From: Ostreococcus lucimarinus
Lineage: Eukaryota
Reading direction: 5' to 3' (one strand)
Assembly: GCA_000092065.1 (NCBI GenBank)
Contig: CP000592.1
DNA: 64,000 bases
The translations under genes and the position numbers were made by a program. The notes below the pieces were generated by a model. It saw only the letters and a program-made list of their open reading frames with translations. It searched no databases and was not told the origin of the DNA. Below are positions 21,521 through 30,350 of the stretch, piece after piece. Every line of letters begins with the position of its first letter. The first letter of the stretch is position 1.

Positions 21521-22930
21521 TCACTCGTGCAGCAATTTCAAGTTTAAATTCGGAAATCCGCTCGCGCCCTTGTGCTTTGCGAACAAGCGCGCCACCTCGC
21601 GGTAATACGCCGCGTGAGCGATCTCAACGTCGCTCTCCCTCGCTCGTCCCGCGTCATCGGGCTCGGGAAGCGACATCGGGTCGCCGACGACGAACGTGAG
21701 CGGCACTCGGGCCGGAATCGGGAGAATGCCGAGGTAGCCCACCGCTAAAAGCGGCGTCGCGACGCGAAAGCGTCTGTACAAATATCGACCGGGGTGCCGC
21801 AAGAGATTGCGCCAGCTGCTACTCTCGCCGAAACACACGACGGGCACGAGACGCGCTTTTTCTTCGATGGCGAGTCGAACGAACCCGCGATGTTTCGTGC
21901 AGAGCGTGATGGTCTCCTCCTTCAATCCGCCGACGTGCTCGCACATCTCGCCCTGACCGCCCGGACACACGACGACCGCGCGCTCGTGACGAAGCGTCGA
22001 ACGAAATATTTCTTGCGACACGCTGCGCACGCCCAACCACGCGGCGAGCTCTCGCACGAACGGCGGCTTGAAAAGAACGCTCGCGGCCAACGTCACGGGC
22101 TTGACGTTTTCAAAGCGACGACCAAACTGAGGTAAAAAGTGAAACCACACGGCGCCCGCCGGAATGAGCGAGTGCGGGTGATAGGCAAAGACGAGAGGCG
22201 TCGAGCCCGCGCCGTGCGCGCCGTCGTGAATCATGCGCACGCTCCCGTGCCACGCCTTCGCCGCGCCCTCTATCCATCGCGACGACCACGCTCGAAACGC
22301 GTCCCACTTCCGGCGCCCGCGCTCGAGATCGCGCTGCAAGAAATACGTGCTCGCGTACAGAACAACGATGGACGCCAGCGCTCCCGACGACCCGAGCGCG
22401 TACACCGTCGCCAGCGTCGCGAAAATCACCGCGTGCGGCGCGTGCAACACGTGCGCGATGGACAACAGCGTCGCGACGCGCGCGACGTCTCTAAAATCCA
22501 AACCTTCCCTTCCCCTCGCCGCGCCTCGCCCCGCCTCGCCCTCGTCCTGGACGTCGAAGAACGCCAGCGACGCCGCCACCGCCGCCTCGCTCGCGACGCT
22601 CAGTCCCAGGCTCGTCCAACTCAGCGCCGCCACCGCCAGTCGCCGCTCGCGCGTCCCGTCGTCCCTCGCGTCCCTCGCGTCTCGCCACACCAGCGTCCCG
22701 CACGCCATCACGCACGCCAGCGACGCGCTCGCCAGCGTCCATCCGATCGCTTGCGCCAGCGTGAACCTCCACGATCGTCCTCGCGCGAACGGTTGCCACG
22801 CGCGCCATCCTCGTCCTCCGAACAGCGCGCCACCGACGCCAAAGTTCGTGATCGCCACCGCGAGCAGGCACGCGAGCGCGCCCGCGGACGGCGCGCGCCA
22901 ATCGATCGCCGCGTCCGCGGGCGCGCGCAT
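21521..22930 (-). CDS. DGAT2: DGAT2/MGAT-family acyl-CoA:diacylglycerol acyltransferase with a multi-TM N-terminal extension of about 250 aa.
   Basis: FAYHPHSLIPAGAVW (an HPHG-type motif), FENVKPVTLAASVLFKPPFVRE, RAVVVCPGGQGE, GFVRLAIEEKARLVPVVCFGE. ORF 21521..23380 was trimmed to the ATG at 22930 (MRAPADAAIDW...), upstream of which it overlaps Ulp1. Confidence 0.8.
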   Translation of the reverse strand: MRAPADAAIDWRAPSAGALACLLAVAITNFGVGGALFGGRGWRAWQPFARGRSWRFTLAQAIGWTLASASLACVMACGTLVWRDARDARDDGTRERRLAVAALSWTSLGLSVASEAAVAASLAFFDVQDEGEAGRGAARGREGLDFRDVARVATLLSIAHVLHAPHAVIFATLATVYALGSSGALASIVVLYASTYFLQRDLERGRRKWDAFRAWSSRWIEGAAKAWHGSVRMIHDGAHGAGSTPLVFAYHPHSLIPAGAVWFHFLPQFGRRFENVKPVTLAASVLFKPPFVRELAAWLGVRSVSQEIFRSTLRHERAVVVCPGGQGEMCEHVGGLKEETITLCTKHRGFVRLAIEEKARLVPVVCFGESSSWRNLLRHPGRYLYRRFRVATPLLAVGYLGILPIPARVPLTFVVGDPMSLPEPDDAGRARESDVEIAHAAYYREVARLFAKHKGASGFPNLNLKLLHE

Positions 22931-22961
22931 CGACCGCTCGCGCGTCGACGTGTGCGCGGCG

Positions 22962-23008
22962 TTCCGATTCCGATTCGATTCCGATTCGATTCGATTCGAT
23001 TCGATTCG
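22962..23008. repeat. (CCGATT/CGATT)n microsatellite of about 9 units, 32 nt upstream of the DGAT2 ATG and 88 nt upstream of the Ulp1 ATG.
   Basis: Sequence ttccgattccgattcgattccgattcgattcgattcgattcgattcg. Confidence 0.9.
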
Positions 23009-23095
23009 CGCGCGTCGCGTCGCGACGGACGCACACGGCGCCGCGCGGGCGCGCCGCGCGGGCGCGACGGCGACGACCTCGCGCGCGATCGCGCG

Positions 23096-25681
23096 ATGGC
23101 CGTCGACGAGGACGACGACGAGGACGCGCGCGACGAGGACGGATCGATCGCGAACTCGGACGCGCTCGAGACGCGACGACGGAGGACGCGCGACGACGAC
23201 GACGGGACGACGACGACGAGGACGACGACGACGATGGACGCGCGGATGCGGCGCGCGAGGCGCGAGCACGAGAAAATCGCGCGAACGTACGCGGAGGCGC
23301 ACGAGAACGTGGGGACGAGGGAAAACGGGACGACGCGCGACGCCGACGCGCTGCGAAGGGAACGCGTCAAGACGAGTCATCTGATAGCCAAGGTGAACGA
23401 AACGAAAGTCGGCGCGAACGCGACGCTGGTGAGAAGGAAGGAGTATTTAGACCGGATGATCGCGAACGCGGAGGAACGGGAGGCGTTGATGGAGGACGGC
23501 GGATCGGAGGCGCGAGGCGGAGGCGCGGCGACGACGACGACGCGCCGGGACGCGCCGCAGGAATGGACGACGATGGGGCAGATGGCGGAGAGAAAGTCGC
23601 CGGCGAAGTCGCTGAGGGAGCGCGATGCGAGAGATTTCCAGCCGGAAAAGTATAGATTTGACGACGAAAAGGCGTCGCCGAGCGCGGCGGAGGCTGTCAA
23701 CGGGTTGAGCAGAGCGTTGGACGACATAGACGGAGATTTAGGGTCGATGTCGTCTCTGTCGCCCGATAGATATCCAGGACGAAAAGAAACGGCGAGTTGG
23801 GACACGTTAGCGCGACAACCGACGTCGCACGGCAGTAGACAGTTGGACGCCGCGCTCGGGCGCGCGGGGGCTCCCGAGGCGAAGTCGACGCCGACGACGA
23901 TTTCGACGTACTTTAAGAAGAGCGCGGGTGCGACGCAGCCGACGACGACGACCGCCGCTGTGGACGATTTCGCCGCTGCTGCGACCGACAAGAGTCGCGA
24001 GCGTCTGCCGATGTCGCCGCCGCCGCCCAAGCGTCGAGCGAAGTCGACGCGCGGCGACCCGGCGTCTCCCATGGTGGTGGATCTTCTGGAGACGAGCGAC
24101 GAGGAGAACCCGTTGGAGAACGAGTCAAGAGGGGTGCAAAGCTTGGATCCAGTGAGTCTTACGAGCGAGAATGGTGAAATTCGCCGATCGACGCGCTCGA
24201 GTAGGTATCGCTCGCTGCAGAACACCGTCGGCAACTTGGCGACGGATTACCCAGACTCGAAGACGAAGGGGTCGGTGCAAATCACTCTCGGCGACTTGGA
24301 GCACCTCAGAGACGGCGAGATGCTGAACGATCAGTGCGTGGACTTTTATTTGAAGTACATTCAAGTGGAAATGTTGGGCGCGAACGCGTTTGAGATATTA
24401 GACAAGGTGCACATTTTTAACAGCTTTTTCTATCAAAAGCTCGCGCAAAAGCACGATAGAGATCGAAGCAACGTCGACGCCGCGACGGCATCGCACGCAC
24501 GCGTGAAGAATTGGACCAAGGGTGTGGATATCTTTACGAAAAGCTTTCTCATGATTCCCGTGCACAGCAATTTGCATTGGTCTTTAGTCATCGTTTGCTA
24601 TCCAAACGGTACTGATGAGCGCCAACCGATGATGCTCCATCTCGACAGCATGACGCAACATGGCGGGCACAACTCAGAAGTCGTGTCGAAGACGGTCCGG
24701 CGTTACCTGAGCAAAGAATGGAAAACGCAAAAGGGCGACGACACTGAATCAAAATTCGACGCTCGATACATGCCAACGTATCGCGTCAATGTTCCGAGAC
24801 AAAACAATGGTTGCGACTGCGGCGTTTTCATTTTGGCCTTTCTCGAAAAGTTTTTAACCGAACAACCCGAGATTTTGAAGAAGAGCGATGTTCAACGCGC
24901 GGCGCAAAAGCGCTCGTTTGGAATGGACGATGCGGGCAAGTTTCTACGAAAGAACTGGTTTCCCAACGAGTTCGTGGACGAATTGCGCGCCAAGTTGAGT
25001 CTCCTCGTCATCCAGCGCATTCAGGCTTCGCTCGCGGAAAACGACGCGTCAAAGCTCATTCTCAACGCGGCAAATGAAGAGCAAATGAAAGACTATGAGC
25101 ATCGGCAGTGGCGAACGAAACAAGCGGTTTCAAAGGCTGAGCGTGACCGTAAGAAGAGAATGGAAGCCATGGAAGCGGAGCGAAGACGCAAGCTCGAGCC
25201 GCAAGACCTCTCTGACGACGACGACGCCAAAACCAAAGCCTCCGACGCCAAGGATGTAGACTTTGAGATTTCTCGCGAAGTCAGGGTGAAGAAACAGCCG
25301 ACGAAGACTAGGCAGACGCAGATATTCTCGGGATCCCACTGGAACAAGGCGAGAGAGAAAGAACCCGTGCGCGAGGAGACTCGCGACGAGAAGCCATTCG
25401 AACCCTTCGCGGGCCCGTCGTACAAAATCGGGCGACACACGCGCGCGCGTGCGCCTTCTCCGAGCGCTGATTGGACGAGCGGAACGACCCGTCCCAAGTA
25501 TGGTAACGCCAACCTTTTGAAACGAGCGGAACGATCGCGAGCGAAGCAAAACGGGGAAGAGGAACGGAGCGCCGCCGACGACGAATCCCCGGGCCAGGCC
25601 AAGGCGAAGCTCAACGACGCGAATGAAAAACTTTCCGAGAGAATCAAGGGGATGACGTCTCGAGTGTTCTCGACGAAATAG
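23096..25681 (+). CDS. SUMO-specific protease (Ulp1/SENP, peptidase C48) with a long acidic/basic disordered N-terminus.
   Basis: C-terminal catalytic domain: VDIFTKSFLMIPVHSNLHWSLVIVCYP...LHLDSM...QNNGCDCGVFILAFLEKF (the His/Asp/Cys triad context). ORF 22139 was trimmed to the first ATG not overlapping DGAT2. Confidence 0.8.
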   Translation: MAVDEDDDEDARDEDGSIANSDALETRRRRTRDDDDGTTTTRTTTTMDARMRRARREHEKIARTYAEAHENVGTRENGTTRDADALRRERVKTSHLIAKVNETKVGANATLVRRKEYLDRMIANAEEREALMEDGGSEARGGGAATTTTRRDAPQEWTTMGQMAERKSPAKSLRERDARDFQPEKYRFDDEKASPSAAEAVNGLSRALDDIDGDLGSMSSLSPDRYPGRKETASWDTLARQPTSHGSRQLDAALGRAGAPEAKSTPTTISTYFKKSAGATQPTTTTAAVDDFAAAATDKSRERLPMSPPPPKRRAKSTRGDPASPMVVDLLETSDEENPLENESRGVQSLDPVSLTSENGEIRRSTRSSRYRSLQNTVGNLATDYPDSKTKGSVQITLGDLEHLRDGEMLNDQCVDFYLKYIQVEMLGANAFEILDKVHIFNSFFYQKLAQKHDRDRSNVDAATASHARVKNWTKGVDIFTKSFLMIPVHSNLHWSLVIVCYPNGTDERQPMMLHLDSMTQHGGHNSEVVSKTVRRYLSKEWKTQKGDDTESKFDARYMPTYRVNVPRQNNGCDCGVFILAFLEKFLTEQPEILKKSDVQRAAQKRSFGMDDAGKFLRKNWFPNEFVDELRAKLSLLVIQRIQASLAENDASKLILNAANEEQMKDYEHRQWRTKQAVSKAERDRKKRMEAMEAERRRKLEPQDLSDDDDAKTKASDAKDVDFEISREVRVKKQPTKTRQTQIFSGSHWNKAREKEPVREETRDEKPFEPFAGPSYKIGRHTRARAPSPSADWTSGTTRPKYGNANLLKRAERSRAKQNGEEERSAADDESPGQAKAKLNDANEKLSERIKGMTSRVFSTK

Positions 25682-25799
25682 AAAGAAACGCGCGCCAAGC
25701 ATTCAGCGAGCGATGTTTACGCGGCGCTCGTCCTAGCGATAGATATGTGATTGATGATTGACGTTGTTTGACGCGACGCCCGCCACACGTCGCCTCGCC

Positions 25800-26189
25800 A
25801 TGCGCGCCGTCCTCCAACGCCTCGCGTCTCGCGCGATCCTCCGCGCCGGACCCGCGCGCAGGCCGCTCGATCGTGCGCTCGCATCGTCATCGTCCTCAGA
25901 CGATCCCGCGCGCGCGATGCGCCCCATGCCCGAAGGCGCCGCGCCCGTCGTCGACGAAGACATGCCCAAACAGGATGAGGAAGAACTTCGACGACGACGC
26001 GCGCAGGCGCTGAAATCGTGGCTGGAGGATGAGTTGGGAACCGAGAAGACGGCGCTCATGGCGGTGTTGGCGAAACACCGGGTGCAGATACCCGGAGGGG
26101 GGGACGAGGCGAAGGCGCTGCTGGAGGAGTTGTTGGAGTGGAAAGCCGAGGGCGTCGTAAACGCGCGTTCGACGGACGCCGCGGATTAG
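25800..26189 (+). CDS. Small hypothetical protein of about 129 aa with an organellar-type presequence.
   Basis: MRAVLQRLASRAILRAGPARRPL...LKSWLEDELGTEKTALMAVLAKHRVQIPGGGDEAKALLEELLEWKAEGV. The frame is GC3-rich. No family recognised. Confidence 0.35.
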   Translation: MRAVLQRLASRAILRAGPARRPLDRALASSSSSDDPARAMRPMPEGAAPVVDEDMPKQDEEELRRRRAQALKSWLEDELGTEKTALMAVLAKHRVQIPGGGDEAKALLEELLEWKAEGVVNARSTDAAD

Positions 26190-26253
26190 ACTTGATTAGG
26201 AGTTGTGAATTGATTAGCTAGTGACTCTACATACAATCTACGACGATCGCGTC

Positions 26254-28779
26254 CTACGCGATCGATGGGTGCTCGACGCGATGTTGGGGTGCGTGAGCGT
26301 ACAAGGTGGTGCGTTGAAGCGGAACGCGGCCGGCGGCTTCGATGATTCGACGCATTTCGCGCGCGTCGATTTCTTGCCCAAACGTCGCACCAGCGGCGCG
26401 AGTGATGGATTCATTCATGAGTGTACCGCCCATATCGTTGCATCCAGCGTGCAGGAGAAGTGAGGCGAGCTCGGGACCCATTTTTACCCAGCTCGCCTGA
26501 ATGTTCGTGATTCCCGCCGGTCCCAGCACGAGACGCGCGACGGCGTGCATCAGGATGCACTCGCGCAGCGTTGGACCTTTCCGAGACGCGCCGAAACGAT
26601 ACGTCGGCGCCTCGAAATGCACGAAAGGTAGTGGTACGAACTCCGTGAATCCACCCGTCTTGAGATGCAAATCGCGAATGGAGACGAGATGTCGCGCCCA
26701 CGCGCGCGGGCCGTCGGCGTCAATGTGACCGAACATGATGGTGCTCGTCGTTGGCACGCCCACAAAGTGAGCGTCTTCGACGACATCGAGCCATTCTTTC
26801 GCGGTGAGTTTATCTGGACAGAGTGTTTCGCGAACTTGGTCGTCCAAAACCTCGGCAGCAGTACCTGGGAGCGATCCCAGCCCTGCATCCTTGAGTTTAC
26901 GCAAGTATTCGCGAGCGCTCAGACCGAGAGTCTGCGCTCCGTGAGCGATTTCGAGCGGTGAAAAGGCGTGAATGTGTATGTCCGGTGCCCCTCGTTTCGC
27001 AGCTCCGATAAAAGCCATATAATCTTCGCCTGTGAACGAGGGATGAATGCCGCCTTGCATGCAGACTTCGCTCGCACCACGCTCCCAAGCCTCGGCCGTT
27101 CGCCTTGCGACTTCGTCCAAGTCGAGCAGGTACGGCGAACCGCGAAGTTCTTCTGCAGCCTTTCCCTTGGAAAACGAACAAAACGTGCACGCCAACGTGC
27201 AGATATTCGTATAGTTAATGTTTCTATTGTTCACAAACGTAACGGTATCACCACACTGCTGCTCTCGCAAAGTATTCGCGGCCTCGCACACCTTGTCGAA
27301 ATCGGCGCCTCTCGCTTGTAAGCACGTCACGATGTCGTCCAACTCATAGTTTCCGTCCACTATGGCGGCTATGGCGGCCAGAACTTCGCTCGATATACGC
27401 CTCTTGGTACCACGACAAGGAACAGAGCCATTCACGCCGACGATATCCACAAACTCTTTCTTTTCATCATCCGGACGTCCTGGCGACCATGTCGTACCGC
27501 GAACGAGAAACTCGCTGTCGGCGAGTTTGCGAAGATACGGCGAAACTTTGTCGTCAAGCCAAACTGCGGATCCCCCGACGCTCACTCGATCATCGTCTAC
27601 CCTCAAGTACTTAGGGTGCACTGGCAGTCTCGGGACGAGCGCGAAACCTTCATCGGCGCACACGGTGGCGAGCTCTTCTATGTGCGGCCATGGCGCCTCG
27701 GCGTTGACGTGGTCCGGCGTGACGCCCGGCGAGATTCCTCCCCAATCATTCGCACCGGCGCGCAAAAGGGCGCGCCAGCCAGCCTCTTCGCCTGGTGTAA
27801 GATTCGGTGGCGCCTGTATAATCATGTCTGCGCCAAAAATTAGGCGAGCTGCGCTCACCGTCCACGTCAACTCTTCCAGCGGAGGATTTGGAAAATCAGC
27901 CATCGCGGTGCCGGGTTTCGATAAGAAATTCTGTATGATGAGCTCTTGAATGTGTCCGTGCTTGGCATGTACATCGCGAAGCGCCAGAAGTGCATCGATA
28001 CGCTCTTCGCGAGTCTCGCCGATCCCAATCAATAATCCAGACGTGAACGGGATGCGCTCCTCTCCCGCGAGCTCGATGCACCGCAGGCGCGTCTTCGGTC
28101 GCTTTGTCTCACACCCGTCGTGCGCCATTCCCGGCCCCAATAACCGCTCGCTCGTCGTCTCCAACATCAACCCTTGCGACGCGCTCACGCGTCGTAGCAT
28201 CCTCAACTCGTCTCTCGTCAACACACCCGCGTTTACGTGCGGCAACAACCCCGTCTCTCGCAACACCGCCTCGCACGCCTTTGCCGCGTACTCCGCCGTG
28301 CTCGCGCATCCCAACTCCCTCAATCCCTCTCGCGCATCCTCCCGCGTCGCCTCGGGTCGATCACCAAACGTCAACAAACACTCCGTCGCCCCCGCCGCCG
28401 CGCCTCGTCGCGCCACGTCGACGATTTCCTCGAGCGTCATGTACACGCGCTTTCCAGCCGCGCTCGGTTCGTAGTCGACGAACGCGCAGTATCCGCACGA
28501 GTCCCGACACGCGCGCGTGAGCGGAACGAACACCTTGGGCGAGTACGTCACGACGTTTGCATTCGTCGTTCGCGGCGACGACGACGACGCGTCCCGGTTG
28601 AGGCGTCGGACGTCGTCGAGTAAATCATCAGCCGACTTTGTCACCAAGGCGTAGGCGGCGACGTCGTCGAGGACGGCGACGCGCGCGACGGCTGCGCGAG
28701 GACGGTGATGCGCGCGTTGGACGCGCGCGCGTGCGCGCCACGCGCGAGGACGCGCGACGTCGGCGAGCGTCTCGCGCAT
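26254..28779 (-). CDS. Bifunctional FO synthase (7,8-didemethyl-8-hydroxy-5-deazariboflavin synthase), a CofG+CofH fusion of FbiC type.
   Basis: Two radical-SAM modules in one 841-aa ORF: VTYSPKVFVPLTRACRDSCGYCAF (CofG, CxxxCxxC) and VNNRNINYTNICTLACTFCSFS (CofH). Confidence 0.85.
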   Translation of the reverse strand: MRETLADVARPRAWRARARVQRAHHRPRAAVARVAVLDDVAAYALVTKSADDLLDDVRRLNRDASSSSPRTTNANVVTYSPKVFVPLTRACRDSCGYCAFVDYEPSAAGKRVYMTLEEIVDVARRGAAAGATECLLTFGDRPEATREDAREGLRELGCASTAEYAAKACEAVLRETGLLPHVNAGVLTRDELRMLRRVSASQGLMLETTSERLLGPGMAHDGCETKRPKTRLRCIELAGEERIPFTSGLLIGIGETREERIDALLALRDVHAKHGHIQELIIQNFLSKPGTAMADFPNPPLEELTWTVSAARLIFGADMIIQAPPNLTPGEEAGWRALLRAGANDWGGISPGVTPDHVNAEAPWPHIEELATVCADEGFALVPRLPVHPKYLRVDDDRVSVGGSAVWLDDKVSPYLRKLADSEFLVRGTTWSPGRPDDEKKEFVDIVGVNGSVPCRGTKRRISSEVLAAIAAIVDGNYELDDIVTCLQARGADFDKVCEAANTLREQQCGDTVTFVNNRNINYTNICTLACTFCSFSKGKAAEELRGSPYLLDLDEVARRTAEAWERGASEVCMQGGIHPSFTGEDYMAFIGAAKRGAPDIHIHAFSPLEIAHGAQTLGLSAREYLRKLKDAGLGSLPGTAAEVLDDQVRETLCPDKLTAKEWLDVVEDAHFVGVPTTSTIMFGHIDADGPRAWARHLVSIRDLHLKTGGFTEFVPLPFVHFEAPTYRFGASRKGPTLRECILMHAVARLVLGPAGITNIQASWVKMGPELASLLLHAGCNDMGGTLMNESITRAAGATFGQEIDAREMRRIIEAAGRVPLQRTTLYAHAPQHRVEHPSIA

Positions 28780-28872
28780 GAAGACGACGACGCGCGGCGG
28801 TCTGGCGCCCGGGCTTCGGGCGAGTCGGACGCCGGCGCGCCGGCGCGGGCTCGAAAATGTGTAAATGTACAG

Positions 28873-30144
28873 TTACAACCCTTCGAGGGCGATGGACGCG
28901 CGCGACGCCACTTCGATGGCTTCGCCTAATCCTTTCGTCGTCTTCATCAGATCCATGGCTTTGCGCACGAGCTCGTGGGCGGTAAATTTTCGGGCTGGAA
29001 GCTTTCGAGCGACGAGCTGCATCAAGTCGTCGTTCTTTTTGCACGCCATGACCTGCGAACGCATGCTCACCAAAGCCGCGGCGACGACGTGTAGGAACAG
29101 TCTCGCGCCACCTCCTGCGAGTGTGCCGTTGGCTCTGGATGTGGGTTCGTGATCGCCGCCGGCAATCAACATGTCCCACAAAAGACCAATCTCGGCGTCG
29201 GCGAGTTCTCGCGACATCAACACGACGACGGGTCTAAAAGCAAACATGCACTCCTGCGCGTTGAGAAACTTCAAGTGCTTATGCAGAGGTGGATCTGCAA
29301 TTCTAATTATCTCACTCAGCACTCGCAATCGATCGCTCACGCCCTCTTGACCTTTCGACGCCGACGGCGCGCTCTCGTGCGGATTGATGAGAAAGTGACA
29401 TCGATACGAACCTCCCATAAATTTCGCAAAGCACCAAAACGCCTCGGACTCGTTACTAATATCGCGAAGAAATACCGCGGCTAAATCGTTCATTCCTTGC
29501 GTATAGCCTATCACTGGATCCAAAATAGCGTACGCCTCCAGAATTCTCGTCAAGCGTTGACGTTGCGCCAGTCTCCATTCCATCTTCAATTCGTCTTCGT
29601 CGTCGCCGCTCAGGATCCCGCTCTCCCAATCCCGCGCGAACGTACCGTAGGTGAACGTCGTCCGCGGCGCGTCTGCAGCGATGATCCTCGACGCCTCAGT
29701 GAACGATGCGAGATCGCTCGGCAAATTCGCCAATCCTTTGACCGGTTTTGTAAGCCACCCCTCCAGCTCTGCGCATCGCCTTAGAAACTCGCCGTATTGC
29801 TCGCGTCTCGATCGTTTCCCTTGCTCGTGCTCCACGCTCGTGTTCGAGCATTTCCGCACCCCAAGCAACACCGGCCACACCTCCGCTCGCAACGAGTGCG
29901 GAATTCCTCCATCGAGCGCGCCTTTGCGCACTTCCGCGAGCGACGCGATGCGTCCGTCTTGGTCCGTCGCCGCGTACCACGTCTCGTGCGCGAGCTTTTT
30001 CTTCTTCATCGATCCACCGCGCGCGTCTCGGGCAAAGTAAGACGCGTACACCGACGCGCTCGCGAGGGCGAGAGCGAGACCAGTGCTCGCGACGGCGGCA
30101 CTCGCGAGCGCAACCTTCAAGGCGCGCGAATCTTCGGACGCCAT
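28873..30144 (-). CDS. TBC-domain Rab GTPase-activating protein with an N-terminal hydrophobic anchor.
   Basis: YTQGMNDLAAVFL (the YxQGM motif), IIRIADPPLHKHL (Arg-finger region), and N-terminal LKVALASAAVASTGLALALASASV. Confidence 0.75.
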   Translation of the reverse strand: MASEDSRALKVALASAAVASTGLALALASASVYASYFARDARGGSMKKKKLAHETWYAATDQDGRIASLAEVRKGALDGGIPHSLRAEVWPVLLGVRKCSNTSVEHEQGKRSRREQYGEFLRRCAELEGWLTKPVKGLANLPSDLASFTEASRIIAADAPRTTFTYGTFARDWESGILSGDDEDELKMEWRLAQRQRLTRILEAYAILDPVIGYTQGMNDLAAVFLRDISNESEAFWCFAKFMGGSYRCHFLINPHESAPSASKGQEGVSDRLRVLSEIIRIADPPLHKHLKFLNAQECMFAFRPVVVLMSRELADAEIGLLWDMLIAGGDHEPTSRANGTLAGGGARLFLHVVAAALVSMRSQVMACKKNDDLMQLVARKLPARKFTAHELVRKAMDLMKTTKGLGEAIEVASRASIALEGL

Positions 30145-30350
30145 GGCGACGGTGGTGGATTACCGTTGGCGACACAAACTTTTGCGATGACGCGAGCGTG
30201 GGGGCGCGCGCGACGCGATGCGACGCGCGAGGTCGATGTGGCGATGACCTCGACGCCTCAAAGCGCTTCTCGGTGTCCAGCGTCGAGGGAAGGCGTCGAT
30301 ATGTGCGGCGACGGCTCGCGGTACGTTCTGTCAAGTACAGCGCTAGACTA

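Noticed and set aside
22139-23095. The 5' 319 codons of the 1180-aa ORF 22139..25681, and the 5' part of ORF 21521..23380.
   Set aside because: The two ORFs overlap each other on opposite strands across the GATTC repeat. Each was trimmed to the first ATG downstream of the repeat, which leaves a 166-bp divergent promoter and sensible protein N-termini.
26254-28779. Possibility that the FO synthase, TauD-like dioxygenase and other bacterial-type enzymes mark a bacterial contaminant or operon.
   Set aside because: They are flanked at kb scale by intron-containing eukaryotic genes (RPS25, tubulin), and they share the window's codon bias and TGTAA 3' signals. They show no operon-like co-orientation or RBS spacing.
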